DNA of 64,000 nt, taken from positions 10,446 to 74,445 of the forward strand of contig JBAZOQ010000002.1 of the NCBI GenBank assembly GCA_041648595.1. The letters run 5' to 3'. The DNA is from Minisyncoccota bacterium (GTDB lineage Bacteria > Patescibacteriota > Minisyncoccia > Phycocordibacterales > UBA9973). Of this stretch, positions 50,419-59,968 are shown one piece after another (positions within the stretch are counted from its first letter, which is position 1; each line of letters begins with the position of its first letter). The position numbers and the translations under genes were made by a program. The notes under the pieces are model-generated. The model searched no databases. It was not told where the DNA came from and saw nothing but the letters and a program-made list of their open reading frames with translations.

Positions 50419-51210
50419 CTAGAAACCAACTGGAAAGAGGCTTAATTCAAAAAGGAAAGCAATGATTACTCCCAAAACCAAAAATGGAGCAAACGGAATT
50501 TCACTTTTTATTCCATGTTTTTTAGAAAAAACAATGAGAACAAGCCCAACTATTGCACCTGACCAAAAAGCTACAACAGCTCCAGAGAGAATCCCAATAA
50601 AACCAAGAAGCCATCCGAGACCTAATGCGAGTTTCGCATCTCCAAGCCCCATCCAAGTACCTTTAGAGATAAGCCACAAAAGAGCAAAAGGTAATGCCAA
50701 CAACAATCCAGATAAAAGTTCTAAAACTATTGGAATATGAGGATAAAATAAATAATTAGAAAAGAAGAATATGCCAATGAAAGCCAAAATACCAAAAATT
50801 AAAGATAGCGAGTCCGGAATTGTTTTATGTTTAAAATCATATACTGCTATAACTAAAAGAAGAGAAAACATCGTAGCATAAAAGGCATAAGAAATAGAGA
50901 AACCAAAAGTATCAAGATAAAAAATATCTTGAAATTTTAAAAATATTCCTGCAAAAATTAATCCAGAAATAAATTCAACTATAGGGTATTGAATTGATAT
51001 TTTTGCTTTACAAGCCAAACATCTACCCTTAAGACCCAAGAAACTAAATAAAGGTATAAGCTCATACCAACAAAGTATTTTACGACAAGTCATACATCCA
51101 CTTCTTCCACCAAAAGAACGTCCAGTATTAAATCTAAAAATTACAACATTCAAAAAACTCCCAATAATAAGTCCTAAAATAAAAAATATAATTGTAATAA
51201 AAAATGTCAT
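50419..51210 (-). CDS. pilD: Prepilin peptidase
   Basis: GSFLNVVI, CxxC..CxxC, MGLGDAKL, IPFAPFL. Confidence 0.95.
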   Translation of the reverse strand: MTFFITIIFFILGLIIGSFLNVVIFRFNTGRSFGGRSGCMTCRKILCWYELIPLFSFLGLKGRCLACKAKISIQYPIVEFISGLIFAGIFLKFQDIFYLDTFGFSISYAFYATMFSLLLVIAVYDFKHKTIPDSLSLIFGILAFIGIFFFSNYLFYPHIPIVLELLSGLLLALPFALLWLISKGTWMGLGDAKLALGLGWLLGFIGILSGAVVAFWSGAIVGLVLIVFSKKHGIKSEIPFAPFLVLGVIIAFLFELSLFPVGF

Positions 51211-51225
51211 AAAATTTTTTTATTA

Positions 51226-51744
51226 TTAAATACAAAGACCTGAAACAATAGCTCCACTAGGAGAAGAAACCACCAGCCTAGCTGCCCCTGTCACATCAAT
51301 ACACCAAGAAGTATTTGGTGCTAATTTTAAACCAACAACCACAGCCCATCCAGTACTAGAATTATAACAAGCACTACCATTACCACCCCTATTAACTGCC
51401 TCTGCTATAGAACCTGCTATATCTTTATTTTTAGAAAACATACTAGTTCCAGATTCATCATAAGAAGGACAATCACCATCAATAGATATATCACCAAGTG
51501 GTAAATATGTATTACCGTTGTTTAAAAAGAACATTTCAATTGCAGTTCTCGTGGTAGCTAAATTACTTTTTACAGCTGTTTCGTCACCCTTTTTTCTAGC
51601 GCTACTTAAATACCCAATAACAACTGTAGCTAAAAGACCAATAATAGCAACAACAACCAAAAGTTCAATCAATGTAAACCCGCCTGAAATTTTTTTTATA
51701 AAATTTTGGTGGGTAAAACCTTTTTCTTTTTTAAAATTTTTCAT
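51226..51744 (-). CDS. Type IV pilin
   Basis: GFTLIELLVVVAIIG; C-terminal cysteines. Confidence 0.88.
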   Translation of the reverse strand: MKNFKKEKGFTHQNFIKKISGGFTLIELLVVVAIIGLLATVVIGYLSSARKKGDETAVKSNLATTRTAIEMFFLNNGNTYLPLGDISIDGDCPSYDESGTSMFSKNKDIAGSIAEAVNRGGNGSACYNSSTGWAVVVGLKLAPNTSWCIDVTGAARLVVSSPSGAIVSGLCI

Positions 51745-51789
51745 ATATATAAATAACAGTTAATTATAAACTTCATATATTATATCATA

Positions 51790-51836
51790 TATAGAAATAT
51801 AAAAACCACCTAAAGGGTGGTTTTTATATTTCTATA
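51790..51836. terminator. Long hairpin/terminator after the major pilin
   Basis: ATATAGAAATATAAAAACCACC-TAAAG-GGTGGTTTTTATATTTCTATAT. Confidence 0.75.
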
Positions 51837-51850
51837 TTATTTATTACAGA

Positions 51851-52315
51851 TTATGAACAAATTCCTGTGGCTTGAGAAATTGAACCTTCTTTAGCCGCAC
51901 CTGCACTATCTACACAAAAGGTTGTAGCTGGAGTTTTCTTTAATGAAACAGAAGCTGACCAAGCATCACCAAGAGTAGAAGCATGAGCACTAACTGTTGC
52001 TCCTGCCGCAGTTGCAGCAGCTTTCAATCCATTTAACATCGTTGCATCAGCAAAGACATCAGTGCATCCTGTAACAACGTTTGGATTAGCACCAGTTACT
52101 GTACAAACAACTGCTGCAGCACTATACTTATTATTTGTATCATAATACATTGAAGCTTGAGCTCTCATATTTGACAAGTTTGCTTTAATAGCAGCATCTG
52201 AACCCTTTGTTCTTGCACTATTCAAAGATGCTAAAACAACTGACGCCAAAATACCAATAATAGCGACAACAACCAACAATTCAATCAACGTAAAACCTTT
52301 TTTAAAATTCTTCAT
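51851..52315 (-). CDS. pilA: Probable major type IV pilin
   Basis: MKNFKKGFTLIELLVVVAIIGILASVV; followed by a strong terminator. Confidence 0.85.
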   Translation of the reverse strand: MKNFKKGFTLIELLVVVAIIGILASVVLASLNSARTKGSDAAIKANLSNMRAQASMYYDTNNKYSAAAVVCTVTGANPNVVTGCTDVFADATMLNGLKAAATAAGATVSAHASTLGDAWSASVSLKKTPATTFCVDSAGAAKEGSISQATGICS

Positions 52316-52481
52316 ATTTTTTTTATTTACTAATAATATTTCAGCCATAGGCTGATCCGCCTTTGGCGGAAACTAATAATTTTTTCCGCCCTTGAGCGAA
52401 AGTTTCGACTTATTTTTAATACATCTATTATAACTTTTATTGTTATATTTATGCAAAAAAGTTATCCACAGGGGCAGCTTT

Positions 52482-52586
52482 ATTCCCCTCTTGAGGGGTG
52501 GCTCGCTTGCGAGACGGGGTGGATGCATTTCTAAACTTTTCCACCTCCCCCCGACTAAAGTCGGGGTACTCCTCAAGAGGAGAATT
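52482..52586. repeat. Pair of CCCCTCTTGAGGGG REP-like elements
   Basis: Same family as 55532-55572, 55965-56008 and 56332-56376. Confidence 0.8.
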
Positions 52587-52587
52587 T

Positions 52588-53796
52588 TTACTGTATTCCA
52601 CCAGCAAGGTTATAAATCGGCATTAATACAGAAACTAAAAGCACACCAACTCCCAAACCTAAAACCACAATCATAACTGGTTCAATAAGACCCACTAAAG
52701 TATCAACAGCATCATCAACTTCCCTTTTATAAAAATCAGCTAAAGTTTTCAAAATCTGACCCAGAGACCCAGTTTCTTCTCCGACCTTTACCATCTGCAC
52801 CATAATACCTGGAATTTGTTCCGGATGTTTTTCAAATGCACCTGAAAAAGACAAACCTGATTTTACTCCATTTGCTACATCTTTTAAAACTTCTTCATAT
52901 ACCCTACTACCAACGACACTGGATGTGATATCTATTGCACGAACGATAGGAATACCTGAAACAAGCATAGTATCCATATTATCTGATATTCTAGATAAAT
53001 ATAATTTTTTATAAAGATTACCTACTGCTGGAATAGAAAGACGTACCTTGTCAAGATATTCTTTACCTTTCTGTGTTGAAGAAAGTCTCCATGTCCATAT
53101 TCCCGCAAGTACAAGAAAAATAATGACAAGAAAACCATAATGTACAAAAAAATTAGAAAGTCCAATAACTATCTTCGTATAAATAGGTGGCTCCTGCCCA
53201 GAATCAAGAATAATGGCTGAGAGTTTTGGAATAACAATAACAAACATAAGACTCATAACTATAAAAAAGGTAGCAACGACAAACATAGGATATATGAGTG
53301 CATTTTTTGTTTTCGAAGTAAGTGCATATTGACGATTTAAATAATTTGCTAAATGATCAAAAGTCTCATTTAATTTACCTGTCTCTTCTCCAACTTTCAC
53401 CATATTTACATAAAAATCTGAAAAAACATCTGGATGTTTAGCTAGTGCACCTGATATAGAAATTCCAGATTGAAGATCACCAGTTATTTCTGTAAGTTTT
53501 TTTGCTAAAACTTTATTCTCTGCATTTGAAGCCAGCATCGTAAAAGCTCTCAATACAGAGACTTGCGCTGTAAATAAAGTTGATATTTGACGTGAGAGAA
53601 TAACAATTTCTTTCATTGGAACTTTTCCAAAAAAAGAAATTGTAAAAATAGATTTATTTTTATCTTCATCTACTATAGAAATAACAATAAATCCTCTTCT
53701 TTGAAGTCCACCTATAGCAAGATCACGACTTTGTGCATCAATTTCTCCTTCTTTGTTTATTCCTTTATCGTCTATTGCTTTATATTTGAAAAGCAT
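52588..53796 (-). CDS. pilC: Type IV pilus platform protein (GspF family)
   Basis: Two T2SSF domains, GEETGKL/GEETGSL, EP. Confidence 0.93.
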   Translation of the reverse strand: MLFKYKAIDDKGINKEGEIDAQSRDLAIGGLQRRGFIVISIVDEDKNKSIFTISFFGKVPMKEIVILSRQISTLFTAQVSVLRAFTMLASNAENKVLAKKLTEITGDLQSGISISGALAKHPDVFSDFYVNMVKVGEETGKLNETFDHLANYLNRQYALTSKTKNALIYPMFVVATFFIVMSLMFVIVIPKLSAIILDSGQEPPIYTKIVIGLSNFFVHYGFLVIIFLVLAGIWTWRLSSTQKGKEYLDKVRLSIPAVGNLYKKLYLSRISDNMDTMLVSGIPIVRAIDITSSVVGSRVYEEVLKDVANGVKSGLSFSGAFEKHPEQIPGIMVQMVKVGEETGSLGQILKTLADFYKREVDDAVDTLVGLIEPVMIVVLGLGVGVLLVSVLMPIYNLAGGIQ

Positions 53797-53814
53797 AACT
53801 TTATTATAACACAA

Positions 53815-53876
53815 TTCACCTCACCCCCGTCCCCTCTCCTTATTAAGGAGAGGGGTGCCAAAGGCGGGGTGAAGTT
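53815..53876. repeat. CCCCTCTCC...GGAGAGGGG palindromic element
   Basis: Near-identical to 27919-27980. Confidence 0.85.
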
Positions 53877-54936
53877 AAATCATACGCTCAAGACCTTTCG
53901 GGTTCAAAGAAAATTGATAAGCATTCTCAATTGTAATTTCTCCAGCACGGACAAGTTCTAAGAGTGAATGATTTAAATCTATCATGCCAGACTCTGCTCC
54001 TGTCTCAATCACAACATCTATTTCTTGTGTATGTTTTTCACGAATTAAATTCGAAACTGCATTATTATTCAATAACAACTCATAAGCAGGGATAAGACCT
54101 CCAGTTATTCTTGGAATAAGTCTTTGAGAAAAAATACCCAACAAACTAGAAGCAAGTTGAAGGCGAATTTGATCTTGCTGGTCACCAGGAAAAGAATCAA
54201 TAATTCTATCTATAGTTTGTGATGCATTATTAGTATGTAATGTAGAAAGAACAAGATGACCTGTCTCAGCAGCAGTTACTGACGTTGAAATAGTCTCTGG
54301 AGTACGCATTTCCCCTATCATTATCACATTCACATCTTCACGAAAGATTGATTTAAGTGCTGTATGAAAATCTTTAGTATCAATACCAACTTCTCGTTGA
54401 TTAATTATAGATTTATTAGGAGTGTAAACATATTCAATTGGATCTTCTATTGTTATAATATGTCGTGCTTGTTCATTATTAATCAAATTTACCATTGCTG
54501 ATAATGTAGTAGATTTACCTTGCCCAACTGGACCAACTACTAAAAAAAATCCCTGTTTTTTGCGAGCTAACTCTGAAATAATAGGAGGCAAATGTAATTC
54601 TTCAAGTGATTTTACTTTAGGTACTAAACGTAGGGCAACACTAACTAAACCTTTTTGAAAAAAAGCATTGCCACGAAGACGTGCTTCTCCTCGAAAATCA
54701 TAAGAAAAATCCATTTCTTGTTCTTCTAAGAATCTATCTAATTTTACTTTATCTGAAATAATTTCTTTTAAAATACCAAAAACATCTTCTTTCTTTAAAA
54801 CTTGATGCTTTTGTAAAAATACAAGCTCTCCTGCTACGCGAATAGCTGGAACTTTTCCAACACCTAAATGTAAATCTGAACCACTCTCATGGATAACAGT
54901 TAAAATAAGTTCTTCAATTTCTTTTTTATAATCCAT
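53875..54936 (-). CDS. pilT: Pilus retraction ATPase
   Basis: GPVGQGKSTT, EDPIE, AAETGHLVLSTLH, VSNLIRE. Confidence 0.93.
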   Translation of the reverse strand: MDYKKEIEELILTVIHESGSDLHLGVGKVPAIRVAGELVFLQKHQVLKKEDVFGILKEIISDKVKLDRFLEEQEMDFSYDFRGEARLRGNAFFQKGLVSVALRLVPKVKSLEELHLPPIISELARKKQGFFLVVGPVGQGKSTTLSAMVNLINNEQARHIITIEDPIEYVYTPNKSIINQREVGIDTKDFHTALKSIFREDVNVIMIGEMRTPETISTSVTAAETGHLVLSTLHTNNASQTIDRIIDSFPGDQQDQIRLQLASSLLGIFSQRLIPRITGGLIPAYELLLNNNAVSNLIREKHTQEIDVVIETGAESGMIDLNHSLLELVRAGEITIENAYQFSLNPKGLERMI

Positions 54937-55014
54937 CCCGTTAGAAATCTATATTAATTAATAATCTCAATTTATTATAACCCGTTTTCAATATTTTCAT
55001 TATTTCTAACGGGA
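54937..55014. mobile_element. CCCGTTAG MITE at the pilT start codon
   Basis: TCCAT duplicated at 54932-54936 and 55015-55019. Confidence 0.8.
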
Positions 55015-55027
55015 TCCATAATTTTTT

Positions 55028-55095
55028 GTGGTGTTAAGCTCGTAGTTTATGTGGCATTAAACTCGTAGTTTATGTGGCGTTAAGCTTGTAATTAT
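55028..55095. repeat. 23-bp tandem repeat, about 3 copies
   Basis: GTGGYRTTAARCTCGTAGTTTAT units starting at 55028, 55051 and 55074. Confidence 0.8.
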
Positions 55096-55493
55096 TTTTC
55101 ATTAACAATTTTCTTTGATAAAATTTCAGCTACTTGGTCAATCACTTCTGCAGGTGTAGAATTTGCTTTCACTATATATCCTGCTGCTCCAAGAGCACTA
55201 CCTCTATCAATATCAGCTTGCTGACTTTTATTAGACAAAACTATTTTTGTAGAACTAGGAGATAAATTTTCTTTATTTATTTTTTCTAGCATTTCAAAAC
55301 CATCCATATCTGGCATAATAACATCCAACATAATAATATCTGGTTTAAGACCATCTATAAGTTTCTCAATAGCTTGTGAACCGCTAGGTGCAGTATAAAC
55401 TTCAAAATTATTTTGACTAAATTTAAACGCATACATGTCTAAAAGAAATGTATCATCATCAACTATTAAAATTTTTCTTTTTTCTCCTTCCAT
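55092..55493 (-). CDS. Single-domain response regulator (CheY-like)
   Basis: ILIVDDD, LDVIMPDMDG, YIVK. Confidence 0.92.
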   Translation of the reverse strand: MEGEKRKILIVDDDTFLLDMYAFKFSQNNFEVYTAPSGSQAIEKLIDGLKPDIIMLDVIMPDMDGFEMLEKINKENLSPSSTKIVLSNKSQQADIDRGSALGAAGYIVKANSTPAEVIDQVAEILSKKIVNEK

Positions 55494-55557
55494 AATGATT
55501 ATATTATACTACAAAACAATTTCAAGGGAAACTTCCACCCCGCCCTTTAGGTACCCC

Positions 55558-56025
55558 TCAAGAGGGGAATTTTAATGCAGATTTTCTTTTTTTTATTGTT
55601 TCTAATACAAATCTATAAACATTTCCTATATTTTTCTTCACATCAATATCAGATATTCTAATTACTTGTAAATTTAGACTCTGCATAAAATTATTTCTTC
55701 CAGCATCATATTCTTCTTTTTCATCATGACTTGACCCGTCTATTTCAAAAACTAGTCCCAATTCAGGAACAAAAAAATCAACAATATAATTACCTATAAT
55801 AACTTGTCTATCAATATCAAAATCTAATTTCTTTTTATTTTTAAACGTTTGCCAAAATATAACTTCCGATAAATTTCCCGCTTTTCTTAATTCCTTTGTT
55901 TTTTCTATTAATAATTTATTTTTAGGAATTTCCCAGTATGGGTATAAAGATTTCGGATTCCAATATTCCCCTCTTGAGGGGTAGCTCGCTTTAACGAGAC
56001 GAGGTGGAGAGGATTTTTGGGGCAT
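55558..56025 (-). CDS. DUF559 / Vsr-like endonuclease flanked by REP-like elements
   Basis: ELRK..SEVIFW..RQVIIGNYIVDF..EIDGSSH..RISD. Confidence 0.85.
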   Translation of the reverse strand: MPQKSSPPRLVKASYPSRGEYWNPKSLYPYWEIPKNKLLIEKTKELRKAGNLSEVIFWQTFKNKKKLDFDIDRQVIIGNYIVDFFVPELGLVFEIDGSSHDEKEEYDAGRNNFMQSLNLQVIRISDIDVKKNIGNVYRFVLETIKKRKSALKFPS

Positions 56026-56032
56026 TTCAAAT

Positions 56033-56308
56033 TTAATTAAAAAATAAAACTGACAATATCGTTAGTAAGGTCATAAGTGCAGCTAGTCCATTACTACCCA
56101 TTATAAAACGATCTCTAGAAAAAAATCCATGTAAGGAAAATCCACTTTGAACAAAAAGAAGTATGAAGAGAAAAACCAATGAGATGCCTGATGTTTGATG
56201 AGTTTGCCAAATCTTCAAAAGTTGAGGCAAAGTCATGAACGGATTAATTACACTAACTATCCAAATTATATATGTCCAACGTATTTTTTTGGCTATATTT
56301 TCACGCAT
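56033..56308 (-). CDS. SemiSWEET/PQ-loop family transporter
   Basis: LPQLLKIW..TSGIS; 3 TM helices. Confidence 0.8.
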   Translation of the reverse strand: MRENIAKKIRWTYIIWIVSVINPFMTLPQLLKIWQTHQTSGISLVFLFILLFVQSGFSLHGFFSRDRFIMGSNGLAALMTLLTILSVLFFN

Positions 56309-56387
56309 ATCAAAATTATATCATGTTTTGTATTCCCCTCTTGAGGGGTGGCTTTTGTAATCAAAAGACGGGGTGGACAATTTTCTT

Positions 56388-58139
56388 TTATTCATTCTCA
56401 TTAATAAAATTATAAACCTCTCTATATGGAATAATACCATCTAATGCTTTAAGCATAGCATCTTCCCTCATCATCAACATTCCGTCGGCTCGAGCCACTT
56501 TATAAATTTCGGAATCAACAGGATTTTTTAATATGACTTTTTGCATTTCTTTGCCTACTTTAAACATTTCAAAAATAGCAATACGACCGCGAGTGCCAGA
56601 AGGACAATCAGGTGATGGCACAACATCATACATTTCATTTTTAATTTCAATTTCTTTTTTAAATTTTTCTGGCAAATCTTTTATTTGATCTTCTATCTGC
56701 AATTTAATACTAGGATCCATAGGAACAAGCTTACGAGATGCAGGAAAAGTCATCTTGGCTAAACGTTGTGCAATAGATAATATAAGAGTAGGCGCAATAA
56801 GATAAGGATCAACTCCCATGTCAATCAAACGAGGAATAGCACCAATGGCATTATTCGTATGAAGCGTAGATAAAACAAGGTGCCCCGTCAAAGCTGCCTG
56901 AATAGCTAATTGAGCTGTTTCTTTATCACGTATTTCTCCAACCATTATTATGTCAGGATCCTGACGAAGAATAGAACGAAGTCCTGAAGCAAATGTATAT
57001 CCAATTTCAGGCATCATCTGAGATTGATTAATATCAGGCATATGATACTCTATTGGATCTTCTAAAGATACAATATTACTTACTTCTTTTTCTAACTCAT
57101 TCATCATTGAATATAATGTCGTAGATTTTCCAGACCCTGTCGGACCAGTAATTAAAATAAGTCCATAAGGCTTTGTTATTGCTTCTCTAAGCATATCAAG
57201 ATTTCTTTTAGACAATCCTAATTGATCCAATGGTTTGACTCCTTTTTCTGCATCTAAAATACGTATAACTATTTTTTCTCCATAATAAGATGGCATAGTA
57301 GATACACGAAAATCAATTTTATGCTCATCAAAATTAGTACTAAAAGATCCATCTTGTGGTTTTCTTTTTTCGTCCAAACGCAACTTAGCTAAAATTTTTA
57401 TACGAGCTACAATACCATTGTAAACATTGGGTGGTAAAATAATACTCGTATGCAAAATTCCATCCACACGAAAACGTACTTTTATTTTTTCTCCTACATT
57501 TTCTATATGGATATCAGAAGCACCACCTTCTATAGCATTACGTAATATAACAGCAACAATTTTTATAACAGGTGCATCTTCAACTATTTTTACTTCTTCG
57601 TTTAATTTTGTATTTTTAATTTCTCTGTTTAAATTCTTTGATTCATTTAAACTTTTTATATTACTCGTTTCTTCTTGATTTAATTCATTAAGTGCTTCTT
57701 CCACTTGAACTGATATACCTTTATATGTTTCTACTATATTTTTATAATCAGTATTAGAGATAAGAAAAATTTTAAAAGGAATACCTGATTTAGCTGAAAT
57801 AAATTGTAATGCATCTATCGCTTGCGTGTTTTCTCCGTCCGTAATACCTACCTCTAAAACCCCCTCTTTAAATTCAAGTGGAACAAAACGATAATGTGTT
57901 GCTGCATCCTCTGGAATATATTTTAAAACTTCAAAGGATATATCTTTTATATTTACTTTCTTTGTCGGTATTTTTAAATACTCTCCTTTTGTAAGAAGTA
58001 TTTTATCTTCTGGTATACCTATTTCAATTAAAGTTTCATCAATATCACCACCATGCTTATCTCTAGCAAGGTTCTTAATTTCATCTATTTGGCTCTTATC
58101 AATAAAGCCCTTTTTAACTAATTCTTCTAAAAAACTCAT
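56388..58139 (-). CDS. pilB: Type IV pilus assembly ATPase (PilB/GspE)
   Basis: ASDIHIE, GPTGSGKSTT, LRQDPD, TGHLVLSTLHTN. Confidence 0.93.
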   Translation of the reverse strand: MSFLEELVKKGFIDKSQIDEIKNLARDKHGGDIDETLIEIGIPEDKILLTKGEYLKIPTKKVNIKDISFEVLKYIPEDAATHYRFVPLEFKEGVLEVGITDGENTQAIDALQFISAKSGIPFKIFLISNTDYKNIVETYKGISVQVEEALNELNQEETSNIKSLNESKNLNREIKNTKLNEEVKIVEDAPVIKIVAVILRNAIEGGASDIHIENVGEKIKVRFRVDGILHTSIILPPNVYNGIVARIKILAKLRLDEKRKPQDGSFSTNFDEHKIDFRVSTMPSYYGEKIVIRILDAEKGVKPLDQLGLSKRNLDMLREAITKPYGLILITGPTGSGKSTTLYSMMNELEKEVSNIVSLEDPIEYHMPDINQSQMMPEIGYTFASGLRSILRQDPDIIMVGEIRDKETAQLAIQAALTGHLVLSTLHTNNAIGAIPRLIDMGVDPYLIAPTLILSIAQRLAKMTFPASRKLVPMDPSIKLQIEDQIKDLPEKFKKEIEIKNEMYDVVPSPDCPSGTRGRIAIFEMFKVGKEMQKVILKNPVDSEIYKVARADGMLMMREDAMLKALDGIIPYREVYNFINENE

Positions 58140-58217
58140 CCCGTTAGAAATTTATATTAATTAATAATCTTAATTTATTATAACCCGTTTTTAATATTTT
58201 CGTTATTCCTAACGGGA
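58140..58217. mobile_element. CCCGTTAG MITE at the pilB start codon
   Basis: CTCAT duplicated at 58135-58139 and 58218-58222; internal sequence nearly the same as the pilT copy. Confidence 0.8.
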
Positions 58218-58234
58218 CTCATAATTAATTTAAT

Positions 58235-58606
58235 TTAAGGAGATGCAGGAATAGAGAGTACAGAAGGAGCTTCATAACCAATAGGAGCAAAAGGATTTGA
58301 TCTTCCTTCATCTCCTGAAGGAGAAAGCAAAATACTAGAATCATGTAAATTAATAAATACTGTATTAGAAAAAATAGAATTATTTAATTTTATTTTTTTA
58401 ACATTTAATAAAAGAGCAAGAAAATCTTTTGCAATCAAAGAGTTCTTGTTTGAATTATCTACATTCGATTCTGTTGTACCAGTCGAGATAGCAGAAGAAA
58501 TTAAATTCTGAACTTCTGGCGATTTTTTAATAAAAAAAATATAAACTAAAATTAGTATAGCCCCAATTATTACATATATTATAATATTTTTTATTTTTGA
58601 ACTCAT
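58235..58606 (-). CDS. PilP-position membrane-anchored protein
   Basis: N-terminal TM, GRSNPF motif; follows pilMNO. Confidence 0.65.
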   Translation of the reverse strand: MSSKIKNIIIYVIIGAILILVYIFFIKKSPEVQNLISSAISTGTTESNVDNSNKNSLIAKDFLALLLNVKKIKLNNSIFSNTVFINLHDSSILLSPSGDEGRSNPFAPIGYEAPSVLSIPASP

Positions 58607-58607
58607 T

Positions 58608-59210
58608 TTAATTTTTTAGCCAATAAGTTTTAATTTTAAAATTGTATGTATAAGTATCAGGTAAAGTTGAAGTAAGTCCTATTTTTGTATTCAAAAAAAA
58701 CTGAATTGAAGATATATCTACTATCCTAAGATTATTTTCTAAATCTTTTATAAGATTCAAGAAACTATTGTATGTTCCTTGTGTAGAAAACTCTAAATTC
58801 CACATACCATAATCTTTACCAGAAGAACTTTTTATTCCCTTTGTTGTATTAGTAGTTTGTATTGTTTGTGTTGTACTTGTATTCTTATCTATTGTATCGT
58901 ATTTTACATTTTTAAGTACCATTCCATATGGTGATGCTATTTTTTCTATTTCAAGAATTAAACGAATATTATCAATATTATCTGGTAAAAGTTTTTGAAG
59001 TCTAATTAAATCTTCTTCATTAAAAGAATTATATTTCTGTGTCAATTTATCTCGTTCAGATTCTAAGGCCTTAGAATTAACAAGAGCTTCATTATATGAA
59101 GTCTCTTGTTCTCTTTCCAAAGAAATAGTCTCATAGAGTGGTTTAGTAAAGGTAAAAAAGAGAGCTACTGCAATACCTATTAAAATGGTTGGCAAAATAA
59201 ATTTAAACAT
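58608..59210 (-). CDS. pilO: PilO-like protein
   Basis: TM plus coiled coil, LLPD, GTY..F..LENNLRI. Confidence 0.75.
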   Translation of the reverse strand: MFKFILPTILIGIAVALFFTFTKPLYETISLEREQETSYNEALVNSKALESERDKLTQKYNSFNEEDLIRLQKLLPDNIDNIRLILEIEKIASPYGMVLKNVKYDTIDKNTSTTQTIQTTNTTKGIKSSSGKDYGMWNLEFSTQGTYNSFLNLIKDLENNLRIVDISSIQFFLNTKIGLTSTLPDTYTYNFKIKTYWLKN

Positions 59211-59212
59211 AA

Positions 59213-59851
59213 TTAATTTAATACATTTGTATTGTCTTTAAGTATAGAGGTAGGATTTTGATTTGTAGTCTCAAATACTTTTTTATAATCAAGAAAAACT
59301 GGATCGACCGAAAATTCTAAATCAAAAACAACATTACCTTTATCGTCAAGTAAAAGATTAGAAAAAACAGGATCAATGAAATATTTATTTTTTGCAAAAA
59401 TATCTGACTGAAGAGCAACAGATCTATATCCCAAAGCAACTCCACTCATTTTTACTATTATTTTTGTATTAGCATCATCAACTACATAACTAAATTTAGT
59501 ATAACTTACAGTCTTCATTGTAATCGCCTGAAGTTCTTCAAAAATAGGAGAGATAGCAACGTGTTTAGATAATATTTCACTTGAAGCATCTAAACGTTTA
59601 TCTAAAATTTGAAGCTGAGTTATTTTTGCTGGTTCAAAACGATCTTTTGCTAAAGTTAAATCGCTTTCCATTTTTGAAATATTTTTTGTTAAAATACCTT
59701 TATAAAAATAAAGAGCTCCAGTAGCTATAACAATAGTAAGAAAAATAAAAATAGAAATTATCGTCAAAATACTAATTGATCGTGACTTAACAGCCCGATC
59801 CTCAATCATCGGTTTTTTAGGTATAAAAGATGTTTGAAAATTTTGCTCCAT
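59213..59851 (-). CDS. pilN: PilN-like protein
   Basis: FQTSFIPK N-terminus, TM, located after pilM. Confidence 0.7.
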   Translation of the reverse strand: MEQNFQTSFIPKKPMIEDRAVKSRSISILTIISIFIFLTIVIATGALYFYKGILTKNISKMESDLTLAKDRFEPAKITQLQILDKRLDASSEILSKHVAISPIFEELQAITMKTVSYTKFSYVVDDANTKIIVKMSGVALGYRSVALQSDIFAKNKYFIDPVFSNLLLDDKGNVVFDLEFSVDPVFLDYKKVFETTNQNPTSILKDNTNVLN

Positions 59852-59930
59852 CCCGTTAGAAATTTATACTTAACTAATAATACTCACCTTCGATATCCCG
59901 TTTCCAATATTTCTGTTATTTCTAACGGGA
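59852..59930. mobile_element. CCCGTTAG MITE at the pilN start codon
   Basis: TCCAT duplicated at 59847-59851 and 59931-59935. Confidence 0.8.
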
Positions 59931-59968
59931 TCCATTTTATTTATTATATCCTTACTCTATTATCGCAC

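Noticed and set aside
52373-52676. ORFs 52373-52576 and 52440-52676
   Set aside because: They are translations of REP-like palindromes.
55028-55095. CRISPR array
   Set aside because: Units are directly adjacent with no unique spacers.
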